Positions 19,291 through 28,807 of a stretch of 32,953 bases of DNA are shown here, in pieces. This stretch comes from an uncultured Prevotellaceae bacterium. Its GTDB lineage: Bacteria > Bacteroidota > Bacteroidia > Bacteroidales > Bacteroidaceae. The DNA lies in the NCBI GenBank assembly GCA_958404085.1, contig CATXZX010000001.1:1-32953 (forward strand), given 5' to 3'. The position numbers and the translations under genes were made by a program. The first letter of the stretch is position 1, and every line of letters begins with the position of its first letter. The notes under the pieces were generated by a model that was given only the letters and a program-made list of their open reading frames with translations, did no database searches and was not told where the DNA came from.

Positions 19291-20655
19291 ATGGCACAAC
19301 TATCTTCTGTAACCAAACTGGGGACCGAACCGGTGGGAAAATTGCTGATGCAGTATGCCATTCCGGCCATTATCGCTACGGCTGCATCTTCTCTTTACAA
19401 CATTATCGACAGTATCTTTATCGGACAGGGCGTGGGCCCGATGGCTATCAGCGGACTGGCCCTTACGACACCGCTCATGTCGCTTACTGCGGCATTTGGT
19501 GCCATGGTGGGTGTGGGTGCATCGACCATGTTGTCTGTGAAACTCGGCGAGCGCGATTACGATACGGCGCAGTATATCCTGGGTAATGTGTTTGTGTTGA
19601 ACATCGTGATGGGCGTGGCGCTCGGGGCGGTCTTGCTCGCGGCGCTCGACCCTATATTGTACTTCTTCGGCGCCAGCGACGATACCATTCCCTATGCGCG
19701 CGACTTTATGCGCATCATCTTGCTCGGCAACGTCGTCACGCACATGTACCTGGGGCTGAACGCCATGCTCCGCGCGTCGAGCAAACCGCGCCAGGCCATG
19801 ATGGCCACTATTTATACGGTATTGATAAACATTGTGCTGGCTCCGCTGTTTATTTACGGTTTCGGCTGGGGCATCGAGGGTGCCGCGCTGGCCACCATCA
19901 TGGCCCAGACGCTGGTGCTTGTCTGGCAGATACGCCTGTTCAGCCGGCCCGACGAGTTCATCCGTTTGCGCCGGGGGACGTTCCGTCTGCGCCGGCGCAT
20001 CGTGAGCGGTTCGCTTACTATCGGAATATCGCCGTTCCTGATGAACCTGTGTGCCTGCCTGGTCGTTATCATTATCAACCGGAGCATGGTGGAATACGGG
20101 GGCGACATGGCGGTCGGCGCCTATGGCATCGTGAACCGCCTGCTTTTTCTTTTCGTCATGGTGGTCATCGGTCTCAACCAAGGCATGCAGCCCATTGCCG
20201 GCTACAACTTCGGCGCACAGCATTACGACCGGCTTATCCAGGTACTGAAGAAGGCTATCCTGGCCGCTACGGTTGTAACGACAATAGGTTTCATCGTCGG
20301 TACGTTCTTTCCGTATGCTTGTGCCCGGGCCTTCACGACGGATGCCGAACTTATCGGGAAAGCCGGCGACGGTATGCGCCTCGTGGTGATGGTGTTCCCG
20401 ATTATCGGCATGCAGATTGTGACGGTCAGTTTTTTCCAGAGCATCGGCCATGTCGGAAAGAGTATTTTCCTCTCGCTGACCCGGCAATTGCTGTTTCTTG
20501 TGCCGCTGTTGTTTATCTTGCCCCGGTTTTTCGGACTTTCGGGGGTTTGGCTCTCGATGCCGGTGGCGGATGCCATCTCTGCGGTGCTGGCCATCGTGCT
20601 TCTGATGAAGGAAATCCGGATGTTAAATCATAAAATTCAGTCTGACGCTCAATGA
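19291..20655 (+). CDS. MATE-family efflux transporter (MepA-like)
   Basis: ~12 hydrophobic segments; LYNIIDSIFIG, GIEGAALAT, QPIAGYNFGA motifs. Confidence 0.93.
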   Translation: MAQLSSVTKLGTEPVGKLLMQYAIPAIIATAASSLYNIIDSIFIGQGVGPMAISGLALTTPLMSLTAAFGAMVGVGASTMLSVKLGERDYDTAQYILGNVFVLNIVMGVALGAVLLAALDPILYFFGASDDTIPYARDFMRIILLGNVVTHMYLGLNAMLRASSKPRQAMMATIYTVLINIVLAPLFIYGFGWGIEGAALATIMAQTLVLVWQIRLFSRPDEFIRLRRGTFRLRRRIVSGSLTIGISPFLMNLCACLVVIIINRSMVEYGGDMAVGAYGIVNRLLFLFVMVVIGLNQGMQPIAGYNFGAQHYDRLIQVLKKAILAATVVTTIGFIVGTFFPYACARAFTTDAELIGKAGDGMRLVVMVFPIIGMQIVTVSFFQSIGHVGKSIFLSLTRQLLFLVPLLFILPRFFGLSGVWLSMPVADAISAVLAIVLLMKEIRMLNHKIQSDAQ

Positions 20656-21278
20656 AAACAGAAAAATTCGTAATCAATGTGGGTCGCCAGTTGGGGAGCG
20701 GCGGCAAGGAAATAGGCCTTCGTCTGGCCCGCGACTTCGGCATATCCTGTTATGACAAGGAACTTCTCGGCTGCGCATCGGAGGCCAGCGGCCTGAGCCG
20801 CGACCGTTTCGAAAAGAGCGATGAACACAAAGGCTGGCTGAAGCATGCGTTCGGCGGAATCGCCGCGCTGTCGGCCTCGGGCAGCTACTACCTGAATCCT
20901 ATCAGCGAGGAATCTCTGTTCCACCTTCAGGGTGAGACCATCCGCCGTCTGGCCGAAGAGCAGTCGTGTGTGTTCATAGGCCGTTGTGCGGACTATGTGT
21001 TGCGCGACATGGTGCGGTGTGTCAATGTCTTTATAGCGGCCGACGAGGCCGACCGCGTGGCCCGTCTGTGCAGACTGCACGGCGTTTCGGAGGAAAAGGC
21101 CCGTCAGATGATGGAGCAGGGCGATGCGAAACGCGCCAAATATTATAATTTTTACAGCAACCGCCGTTGGGGCGAGGCAGCTACCTATCATTTGTGTGTC
21201 AACTCCAGCGTTTTGGGACTGGACGGGACGACGGAATACATCGAATGGTTCGCGAAACGAAAACTGGGAATGGAATGA
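20652..21278 (+). CDS. Cytidylate kinase-like family protein
   Basis: GRQLGSGG P-loop variant, CVFIGRCADYVL, D..RA.YYNFY..WG; ATGA overlap with MATE gene. Confidence 0.88.
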   Translation: MKTEKFVINVGRQLGSGGKEIGLRLARDFGISCYDKELLGCASEASGLSRDRFEKSDEHKGWLKHAFGGIAALSASGSYYLNPISEESLFHLQGETIRRLAEEQSCVFIGRCADYVLRDMVRCVNVFIAADEADRVARLCRLHGVSEEKARQMMEQGDAKRAKYYNFYSNRRWGEAATYHLCVNSSVLGLDGTTEYIEWFAKRKLGME

Positions 21279-21787
21279 AACGTATCGGACTGCTTTCCGA
21301 TACGCATGCGTATTGGGATTCGAAATACTTGGACTATTTTGAATCGTGCGACGAAATATGGCATGCCGGCGATATAGGTTCGTCGGAAGTGGCGTTGCGC
21401 CTGGCCGAATTCAGGCCGTTCAGAGCTGTATGCGGAAACTGCGACAGCGGCGATTTGCGCCGTCTGTATCCCGAACGGCTGCGCTGGCAGTGCGAGGGGG
21501 CGGATGTTTTGATGAAACACATCGGCGGTTATCCGGGAAAGTACGACCCGAGTATCAAAGGGACGCTCTTTGTGCGGCCGCCGAAACTGTTCATCAGCGG
21601 CCACTCGCATATATTAAAGGTACAATACGACCGTACGTTGGGATTGTTGCACATCAATCCTGGCGCGGCAGGCCTTCAGGGCTGGCACAAGACGCGTACG
21701 TTGGTTCGTTTCACGGTGTCGGAGGGTGGTTTTTCGGACCTTGAGGTCATAGAACTGGCCGATCCGCGGGTTTGCCACTCAGAGTAG
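21275..21787 (+). CDS. Metallophosphoesterase (YfcE/MJ0936-like)
   Basis: SDTH, HAGD, GNCD, GHSH, NPG motifs; ATG 21275 overlaps the upstream stop (ATGA). Confidence 0.9.
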   Translation: MKRIGLLSDTHAYWDSKYLDYFESCDEIWHAGDIGSSEVALRLAEFRPFRAVCGNCDSGDLRRLYPERLRWQCEGADVLMKHIGGYPGKYDPSIKGTLFVRPPKLFISGHSHILKVQYDRTLGLLHINPGAAGLQGWHKTRTLVRFTVSEGGFSDLEVIELADPRVCHSE

Positions 21788-22660
21788 CAGACCGATTGCA
21801 AGCAAGAGGGCGAAAATAAACATGTTGCGGGACGTTTCGGCCAGGATTCCGTTGAGCGCGCGTCCGCTCCGGATTTCGGTCATGCGCTTCCAAGTGCGTA
21901 CATGGGGCAGCAGGTATAGCAGAGGAAGCATGCCGGCGGTGCCGTAACCGTAATCGGAAAGAACAGAGGCACACAGGCAGGCCGCCAGACCCAGCATCAG
22001 GTAGAAATAGCGGCCGAAGGGTTCGCCGAACCATACGATGAGTGTTTTCTTGCCCGATACCTTGTCGGCATCGCGGTCGCGGTAGTTGTTGACAACCAGC
22101 AGGGTATCGATGACCAGCCCGCAGGCCAGTCCGCACCAGAGTGCCGCGGCGGTGAATGTTCCGGCCTGTACGTAGTACGTGCCCAGTACCGGAACGAAAC
22201 CGAAGAATGCCAGAACCAGCAAGTCGCCCAGTCCGCACGAAGCAAGTAGCGTTGTGTATAAGAAAGCGAAGACTACGCAGGCTGCACCGATGCCGATAAG
22301 CCACCAGCCGCCGTAGAAAAGGAGAAACGAGCCGGATAAGCAGGCGGCGGCAAGCGTCAGCAGAATGCCCCGGCGCATGGTGGTGACGGAAATCCAGCCT
22401 TGTGCGCAGGCTCTTTCCGGTCCCAAGCGGTCGGAACGGTCGTTGCCGTGTTGAAAATCGTACAGGTCGTTGATAAGATTGGAGGCTATCTGCATGAGCG
22501 AGGCAAAGACGGCGCAGAGCAGCGCGGGGATAGCCTGGAATCGGGCGTCGGCCGATGCTAAGGCCGTTGCGGCGACGACCGGAATCAGGGCGGCGGTGAG
22601 GGTCTTGGGGCGCGCGGCTAAAATCCAAGCCCGCACGGAATCTTGTTTGACTTCTTCCAT
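21779..22660 (-). CDS. menA: 1,4-dihydroxy-2-naphthoate octaprenyltransferase
   Basis: AARPKTL, NLINDLYDF..G.D, NNYRD...D...GKKTL UbiA-family motifs. Confidence 0.94.
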   Translation of the reverse strand: MEEVKQDSVRAWILAARPKTLTAALIPVVAATALASADARFQAIPALLCAVFASLMQIASNLINDLYDFQHGNDRSDRLGPERACAQGWISVTTMRRGILLTLAAACLSGSFLLFYGGWWLIGIGAACVVFAFLYTTLLASCGLGDLLVLAFFGFVPVLGTYYVQAGTFTAAALWCGLACGLVIDTLLVVNNYRDRDADKVSGKKTLIVWFGEPFGRYFYLMLGLAACLCASVLSDYGYGTAGMLPLLYLLPHVRTWKRMTEIRSGRALNGILAETSRNMFIFALLLAIGLLL

Positions 22661-22686
22661 TTGCGTTTCAGTGGTTTATCGGGCTG

Positions 22687-22755
22687 CAAAGGTAGCTTTT
22701 TTTTCCGAAAGAAAGAGACTCGGTTTGTCTAATCCGGATTATATCTGTACCTTTG
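22687..22755. promoter_or_regulatory. Divergent promoters for menA and rfbB
   Basis: TACCTTTG on minus strand at 22694-22687 and on plus strand at 22748-22755. Confidence 0.6.
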
Positions 22756-22813
22756 CATCAGGTAAATAGCCCAGCAACGTGTGGGAATAGAAAAGATAAA
22801 TACAGTATTAAAT

Positions 22814-23953
22814 ATGAAGACTTACCTTGTAACAGGAGGCGCAGGCTTTATCGGAGCGAACTTCCTGAAATATATGCTGGCAAAGTACGATAGCATCAAA
22901 ATAGTCGTACTGGATGCCCTTACATATGCAGGTTATTACGGAACCATTGCTTCCGATGTCGACAACGAGCGTTGTTTTTTCGTAAAAGGCGATATTTGTG
23001 ACCGCCAGCTGGCCGATAAACTTTTTGCGGAGTACAAGTTCGACGTCGTAGTTAACTTTGCGGCGGAAAGTCATGTGGACCGGAGCATCGAGAATCCGCA
23101 GCTTTTTCTTCAGACCAACATTCTCGGAACGCAGAACCTGCTCGACGCAGCCCGCCGGGCGTGGGTGACGGGCAAAGATGCCTCAGGTTATCCGACATGG
23201 CGCCGCGGTGTGCGCTTCCATCAGGTTTCTACGGACGAAGTATACGGAAGTCTTGGCAACGAGGGCTACTTCACGGAGCAAACACCGCTGTCTCCGCACA
23301 GTCCGTATAGTGCGTCGAAGGCCAGCGCGGACCACATCGTGTGTGCTTACCGCGACACGTTTAAAATGCCGGTAAGCATTACGCGCTGCTCGAACAATTA
23401 CGGTCCGTACCAGTTCCCCGAAAAATTGATTCCGCTCATTATAAAAAACATATTGGAGGGAAAAAAACTTCCTGTCTACGGACAAGGTTTGAACGTGCGC
23501 GATTGGCTTTACGTCGAGGACCATTGCAAGGCCATCGACATGGTCATCGAATCCGGAAAAGATGGCTGCATTTATAATATAGGAGGACACAACGAACGGC
23601 AGAACATACAGATCGTAAAGATTATCTTGCGGACAATTTACAATCTGATGGAGGAAAATCCCGCTTTGCGTACGTTGCTGAAGAAACAGGAGGCCGATCA
23701 GGACGGAAACATCCGTATCAATTGGATAAACGAGGAACTTATTACCTACGTGAAGGACCGTCTGGGGCACGACCAGCGCTACGGAATCGATCCCGCTCTT
23801 ATTAAAAACGATTTGGGATGGTATCCCGAAACGACTTTCGAGGTGGGAATTGAAAAAACGATTCGCTGGAATCTGGAAAACCGCCGTTGGATTGAAGCCG
23901 TGACAAGCGACGATTACCAGAACTACTACGATAAAATGTACGGAAACCGCTAA
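22814..23953 (+). CDS. rfbB: dTDP-glucose 4,6-dehydratase
   Basis: GGAGFIG, AAESHVDRSI, STDEVYG, YSASK, NNYGPYQFPEKLIP, RDWLYVEDH; ATG 22814. Confidence 0.95.
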   Translation: MKTYLVTGGAGFIGANFLKYMLAKYDSIKIVVLDALTYAGYYGTIASDVDNERCFFVKGDICDRQLADKLFAEYKFDVVVNFAAESHVDRSIENPQLFLQTNILGTQNLLDAARRAWVTGKDASGYPTWRRGVRFHQVSTDEVYGSLGNEGYFTEQTPLSPHSPYSASKASADHIVCAYRDTFKMPVSITRCSNNYGPYQFPEKLIPLIIKNILEGKKLPVYGQGLNVRDWLYVEDHCKAIDMVIESGKDGCIYNIGGHNERQNIQIVKIILRTIYNLMEENPALRTLLKKQEADQDGNIRINWINEELITYVKDRLGHDQRYGIDPALIKNDLGWYPETTFEVGIEKTIRWNLENRRWIEAVTSDDYQNYYDKMYGNR

Positions 23954-23985
23954 ACGGACCCTAACAGGTCCGACGGGGAATAACA

Positions 23986-24025
23986 GAAGGGGGAATTGCA
24001 CCATTCGAGGCGCGATTCCCCCTTT
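23986..24025. terminator. Intrinsic terminator between convergent rfbB and the macroglobulin-like gene
   Basis: GAAGGGGGAATTGCACC-ATTCGA-GGCGCGATTCCCCTTTT hairpin; a smaller CGGACC/GGTCCG hairpin lies at 23955-23972. Confidence 0.65.
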
Positions 24026-24061
24026 TGCGTGGCGTTTGTTTCCGCTTATCCCTTTGCCGGT

Positions 24062-26428
24062 TTATTCTTCGAAGTCGAGCATTTCGCCCCGGGCCGATAT
24101 GCTTTGAGCCGAAATATGGAAGCGGACGTTTTTCCGCGAATTCGTCATAAATTCTACGGAGGCGCGGCCGATTCTGTCGGTACGCACGTTCGGGTTCCAG
24201 TAGAGGGTCCGGCGGAAATCTTCGGCCGTCGGTTCGTCCAGCGTGCCGTATTTCGGCTGATAGCAGGCTCGTGGGATGTCGTAACCGCGCATGTTGAACT
24301 GCTGGTAACCCTTCATCTGCATATTGAGGTCGAATATTTTATCGTATGTAAAGATACAAAGTACTTTATCTAACGCAGTAACCGGAACACCTGCTTCCCG
24401 AAGTTTTGAGGCCGATACGAATTTTTTATAAACCTCCGGGTTCTGCACAATCATGACCGTGCGGTATAAGTCGAATACGGACCTGCTATCTGAGAGGTTG
24501 TATTCGTCGGGTGAAAACTCCTTTCCACGGTTTTTGCGTTTACGTTTCAATTCTATGTTTCGTCGTTGACGTTCGCTCAATTCGCCGGGCTTTCTTCCAA
24601 ATATTGCACCAAAATGGTTGTTGTGAATGTGTACGATACAAAATTCGTCTATATTGTGTGTTCTCGGATTGAACTCCGGAAAGCGCCAGAGCAGCCAGCC
24701 TTCGAATGTGATTAGCTCTGTAATGTAACCGTCGTCACGCATCCGCTCCTCTTCCTCCTTCATGTTGAAAGAACGGTCCATGTAGCGTTTTCCTACCTCT
24801 TCGCCGCCGTCGTACGTCAACCGGTTCTTAATGCGTTTAGCTTTGATGCTAACCTCGGGCAATGCGCTCGCCGGACGTATGAAAGGGCGTTTGGTCGTGT
24901 CGGTAGGCTGTACCTTTCTCGTTTTTGGAGCTTTCCATCGGGCGGGCAGGGGGATTAGCGAGTCCTGCCCCGGCCCATATTCTATCGCAGGAGGCTCGAA
25001 ATTGCGGTTCATCACCACCCGCATCCGTTTCCGTTTCCCCTTGCGGTGCGTAGCGTACTGCGCATGTGCGTTTCCGTCGAAATCCGTAAACATATAATGG
25101 AACTTTCCGGCTGTATCGAGGGGACAATCGCCGCGCATCACGATACCTTCCGGCGTATAGGCTATGACGTTGAGCGATATGTTCTCGGCTTTTTCCTTTT
25201 TCCAGCGCTCTTCTACTCTCCCGTCTACGAGCAGTCCCTCTTCGATGGGGTGTTTCAGGTTGAAAGGCCGCCTGCCTGCCAGTTCGTCCCACTCGTAGCG
25301 GCGCCATCCCTGCACCATGAGCAGGAGGTCGAGGTGGCGGCGGTGGAGCGAATCGTCGGACTCGAAGTAATAGGAAGGGTGTGCAATGTACCCCTTCAGG
25401 TCCGAGAGGAAGAGCAGCTGTTCCTCCATGCTGCTGTAACGCCCGGCCAGTCCGAGCAGTTCCGGCTTCCGGTCTTCGCTGCCTCTGAGCAGTACGCTTG
25501 TCAGTCCCGGTCGGGAATAATTGTCCACTGTCATCACGTATCCCGAAGGCCGCGGAACCGGCAGCGGGAAGCAGACGGTCCGCCCCTTCCGCCTTACCGA
25601 TACATAACCGCCCTGCACATCGCCTACAAGCGGGAAGACGCCCCGCCCGTCGTGCTGCGGACGAAATTCGCCCACCATGACGCTGTCCGCCGTATACAGC
25701 CTGCATGGCAGGTCGGCGGGCCGTCCTTTGGCATCGGTAAGCTGGAATGCCACGTTCGACGATACCCCCTCGACCAGCCATCCGCCTTCGGGATAGAACG
25801 TCAGGCGCAGGCTGTCGTTCGCCTGTTCGCCCTCGGCGCGCGGGGCGGGCTTACGGCTGTAAAAGACTTTTTCCTTCACATTGAACTGGTGTGCAAAGGT
25901 CGTGCGGCTGGTGTATATACCTTTTTCGGTCGGTGTGTCGAATACCGGAACGACGCGCGAGAATACATACGAGGCATCCCAGTTGAGCATGACGCGTGTG
26001 TAGGCCCTCATTTCGTAAAAACCGCTGCGAACAACTTTGCTCAGGTCGAAGTCGCCCCAGGCCTGCCCGTTCTCCACCTTCAGCTTGCGGCGTTGCATGA
26101 TGCCTCCGTCGGGTGCTATCAGCTCCACGTAGAGGACGCGGCTCATGTCGGTAGGCAACAGGTTGGAGGCTCTCACCACGTAGGCCTTGAACCAAAGCGT
26201 CTCGCCTAAGAAGTAGGCATTGTTGTCCAGGTGGAGGTAGACATTTTCCTGCGGCGTGTTCGAATCGTAGCGCGCTACGTTGACCATAAAACCGTACAGA
26301 CGGGCAAAAACCGGGTCGTTTGCGTCCTGCTGTCCCCAAAGCGGTACAGATAGCGTTGCAGACAACAGGCACGACAAACATGCCATTTTGGCAACGAAGG
26401 CTGAAAATGTCCGGCGAAACTCCATCAT
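24062..26428 (-). CDS. Secreted Bacteroidetes protein with macroglobulin(MG2)-like N-terminus (family often annotated as TonB-plug/carboxypeptidase-regulatory-domain protein)
   Basis: Signal-peptide-like start, PQENVYLHLDN..YF.GETLWFKAYV, FYPEGG.LV.G, SDLKGYI..PSYYF, LDLLLMVQGWRRY, LPEVSIKA, DFRRTLYWNP; start moved to ATG 26428, downstream of the promoter. Confidence 0.75.
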   Translation of the reverse strand: MMEFRRTFSAFVAKMACLSCLLSATLSVPLWGQQDANDPVFARLYGFMVNVARYDSNTPQENVYLHLDNNAYFLGETLWFKAYVVRASNLLPTDMSRVLYVELIAPDGGIMQRRKLKVENGQAWGDFDLSKVVRSGFYEMRAYTRVMLNWDASYVFSRVVPVFDTPTEKGIYTSRTTFAHQFNVKEKVFYSRKPAPRAEGEQANDSLRLTFYPEGGWLVEGVSSNVAFQLTDAKGRPADLPCRLYTADSVMVGEFRPQHDGRGVFPLVGDVQGGYVSVRRKGRTVCFPLPVPRPSGYVMTVDNYSRPGLTSVLLRGSEDRKPELLGLAGRYSSMEEQLLFLSDLKGYIAHPSYYFESDDSLHRRHLDLLLMVQGWRRYEWDELAGRRPFNLKHPIEEGLLVDGRVEERWKKEKAENISLNVIAYTPEGIVMRGDCPLDTAGKFHYMFTDFDGNAHAQYATHRKGKRKRMRVVMNRNFEPPAIEYGPGQDSLIPLPARWKAPKTRKVQPTDTTKRPFIRPASALPEVSIKAKRIKNRLTYDGGEEVGKRYMDRSFNMKEEEERMRDDGYITELITFEGWLLWRFPEFNPRTHNIDEFCIVHIHNNHFGAIFGRKPGELSERQRRNIELKRKRKNRGKEFSPDEYNLSDSRSVFDLYRTVMIVQNPEVYKKFVSASKLREAGVPVTALDKVLCIFTYDKIFDLNMQMKGYQQFNMRGYDIPRACYQPKYGTLDEPTAEDFRRTLYWNPNVRTDRIGRASVEFMTNSRKNVRFHISAQSISARGEMLDFEE

Positions 26429-26467
26429 ATTTTCTGATTGAGGTCGGAATATACCGGCAATACGTCT

Positions 26468-26498
26468 CAAAATTAAAGATTTGTCCCGTAATGACAAA
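26468..26498 (-). promoter_or_regulatory. Promoter of the macroglobulin-like gene
   Basis: TTTG (26498-26495), 19-nt spacer, TAATTTTG (26475-26468): full consensus. Confidence 0.7.
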
Positions 26499-26549
26499 GA
26501 AACGGATGCTGTTTTTTACACCGCGGTCCGTAAAACGTAGCGGGGGACG

Positions 26550-26610
26550 AAAATACCAGGTCCGGGCATACCTTGTCGGAAGTCCGGGCCTGGTATTTTG
26601 AAATCCGGGC
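26550..26610. repeat. Palindromic 21-22-bp-period repeat (may also terminate tex)
   Basis: TCCGGGC at 26561, 26583, 26604; 18-bp stem AAAATACCAGGTCCGGGC / GTCCGGGCCTGGTATTTT with two non-Watson-Crick positions. Confidence 0.55.
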
Positions 26611-26668
26611 CACCTGATTCAAACTATCAGGCCCCGGCTGCGCACCGGATGGTGCGGCGTTCTTTTTG

Positions 26669-28807
26669 TCAGGTGCGTTCTATCAGCCGGAGCGCGATGC
26701 GCCGGCGTGCCGTGTCTATCTCTTCCACCCTGACACGTACCGGCTGGTGCAGGTGTACCACGTCGGCCGGATTGGCTATGTAGCGGTCGGCCATGCGCGA
26801 TACGTGAATCAGTCCTTTTTCCTTGATACCCATATCGACGAAGCAACCGAAGTTCGTGATGTTCGTTACGATGCCCGGCAACTCCATTCCCACCCGCAGG
26901 TCGTCGAGCGTACGGACCGTGGCATCGAACGCGAAGGCTTCGGCCCGGCCGCGCGGGTCGAGGCCCGGTTTGTCCAGTTCGTCCAGAATGTCGCGTACGG
27001 TGGGCAGTCCGGTCTCGGGCGTCACGAAATCTTCGGCCCGCAGCCCCGCTCGCAGTTTCTTGTCAGCAATCAGTTCGTCCACCCGGCAACCGCATTGGGC
27101 CGCCATGCGTTCCACTACCGGGTAACTCTCCGGATGTACGGCCGTGTTGTCGAGCAACTGTTTGCCTCCGGCAATGCGCAGGAATCCCGCACATTGTTCG
27201 TAGGCCTTGGCACCCATGCGCGGCACTTCCAGCAGTTGGCGGCGTGTGCGGAACGGACCGTTCTCGCTTCGGTATGCCACAATGTTGCGGGCCAGTTGCG
27301 GACCCAGTCCCGATACGTACGTCAGCAGGTGGCGGCTGGCCGTATTGACATTGACGCCGACCGCATTCACACAGTGTTCCACCGTCTTGTCCAGCGATTC
27401 GCGCAGGCGCGTCTGGTTCACGTCGTGCTGATACTGTCCCACGCCGATGCTTTGCGGGTCTATCTTTACCAGTTCGGCCAGCGGGTCCATCAGGCGCCGG
27501 CCTATCGAGACGGCTCCGCGTACCGTGACGTCCTGTTCGGGAAACTCCTCGCGGGCCGTTTTAGAGGCGGAGTAGACCGAGGCGCCGTCTTCGCTGACCA
27601 TAAAGACCTCTACCGGACGGGAGAAATGCTGTTGTGCGACAAATTGTTGCGTTTCGCGTCCGGCCGTTCCGTTGCCGATGGCCATGGCCTCTATGCCGTA
27701 GCGTTCCACCAGGCCGGTCAGCGTCTCGGCCGCCCGTCGGGTTTCCTCCTTCGGGGGATGCGGAAAGATTGCTTCGTGGTGCAGAAGGTCGCCTTGTGCG
27801 CTGAGGCATACCACTTTGCAGCCGGTCCGGAATCCGGGGTCGATGGCCAGTACGCGTTTCGGGCCGAGCGGGGCTGCCAGCAGGAGTTGTTGAAGGTTGT
27901 TGACGAATACGCGGATGGCCTCCTCATCGGCTTTTTGCTTGCTCAAGGCTGCAAATTCGTTTTCGATGGACGGAAAAATCAACCGCTGGCAGGCATCGCG
28001 GGCCGCGCCGGTCACCAGCCGGCTGCTTGCGTTGCCGCTTTTTACGTACATCCGTTCCACACGGCCGGCACAGTCAGCCTCGTCGGCCGTCACGATGCGG
28101 ATGCGCAGCAATCCTTCGGCCTCGCCGCGGCGCATGGCCAGCAGTCGGTGCGATGAACAGCGCCGCAGCGGTTCGCTGAAGTCGAAGTAGTCGGCATAGT
28201 TCGCCGCTTCCGTTTCTTTTCCCTTGATTACTTTCGAACAGATGAGTGCCGTGCGTTCATACTGCATGCGTACGGTGTGGCGTACCCGTTCGTCCTCGCT
28301 CACTTGTTCGGCTATGATGTCGCAAGCGCCTTTCAGCGCCTCGTCGGCCGAGGCCACTTCGCCGCCTACGTAGGGAGCGGCTTTCGCCACTGTGTCGCCC
28401 TTTTGTTGCAACAGCAGCCATGCGGCCAGCGGTTCGAGCCCCCGTTGTCGTGCTATTTCGGCCCGGGTGCGGCGCTTCGGCTTGTAGGGCAGGTAAATAT
28501 CTTCCAGGTAGGCGGCATCCCAGCATGCGGCGATGCGCCGGCTCAGCTCGTCGGTCAGTTTTCCCTGCTGGCCGATGGCCGCCACAATGGTCTCTTTTCG
28601 TTTCACCAGTTCGCACAGGGCGTCGTGGTGTTCCTTGATGTCGGCTATCTGCACTTCGTCGAGTCCGCCGGTGGCTTCTTTGCGGTAGCGGCTTATGAAG
28701 GGAATGGTCGCTCCCTCGCCGAGCAGGCGCACGGTGGCGCTAACCTGTCGCTCGGAGATGTTCAGCCGCTGTGACAGGATGGGTATAAGTTCGTTATTTG
28801 TCTGCAT
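26669..28807 (-). CDS. tex: Tex-family RNA-binding transcription accessory protein (YhgF)
   Basis: TIPFISRYRKEATG, LEDIYLPYKPKRRT, DPGFRTGCK, IGNGTAGRET, GASVYSAS, IGVGQYQHDV, C-terminal S1 domain. Confidence 0.95.
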   Translation of the reverse strand: MQTNNELIPILSQRLNISERQVSATVRLLGEGATIPFISRYRKEATGGLDEVQIADIKEHHDALCELVKRKETIVAAIGQQGKLTDELSRRIAACWDAAYLEDIYLPYKPKRRTRAEIARQRGLEPLAAWLLLQQKGDTVAKAAPYVGGEVASADEALKGACDIIAEQVSEDERVRHTVRMQYERTALICSKVIKGKETEAANYADYFDFSEPLRRCSSHRLLAMRRGEAEGLLRIRIVTADEADCAGRVERMYVKSGNASSRLVTGAARDACQRLIFPSIENEFAALSKQKADEEAIRVFVNNLQQLLLAAPLGPKRVLAIDPGFRTGCKVVCLSAQGDLLHHEAIFPHPPKEETRRAAETLTGLVERYGIEAMAIGNGTAGRETQQFVAQQHFSRPVEVFMVSEDGASVYSASKTAREEFPEQDVTVRGAVSIGRRLMDPLAELVKIDPQSIGVGQYQHDVNQTRLRESLDKTVEHCVNAVGVNVNTASRHLLTYVSGLGPQLARNIVAYRSENGPFRTRRQLLEVPRMGAKAYEQCAGFLRIAGGKQLLDNTAVHPESYPVVERMAAQCGCRVDELIADKKLRAGLRAEDFVTPETGLPTVRDILDELDKPGLDPRGRAEAFAFDATVRTLDDLRVGMELPGIVTNITNFGCFVDMGIKEKGLIHVSRMADRYIANPADVVHLHQPVRVRVEEIDTARRRIALRLIERT

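Noticed and set aside
19010..19312. Short ORFs in the gltB-MATE intergenic region
   Set aside because: They overlap GC-rich repeats and promoter elements and have no protein-like features
21779..21787. 9-bp convergent overlap of the metallophosphoesterase gene and menA
   Set aside because: Common compact arrangement with no sign of special function
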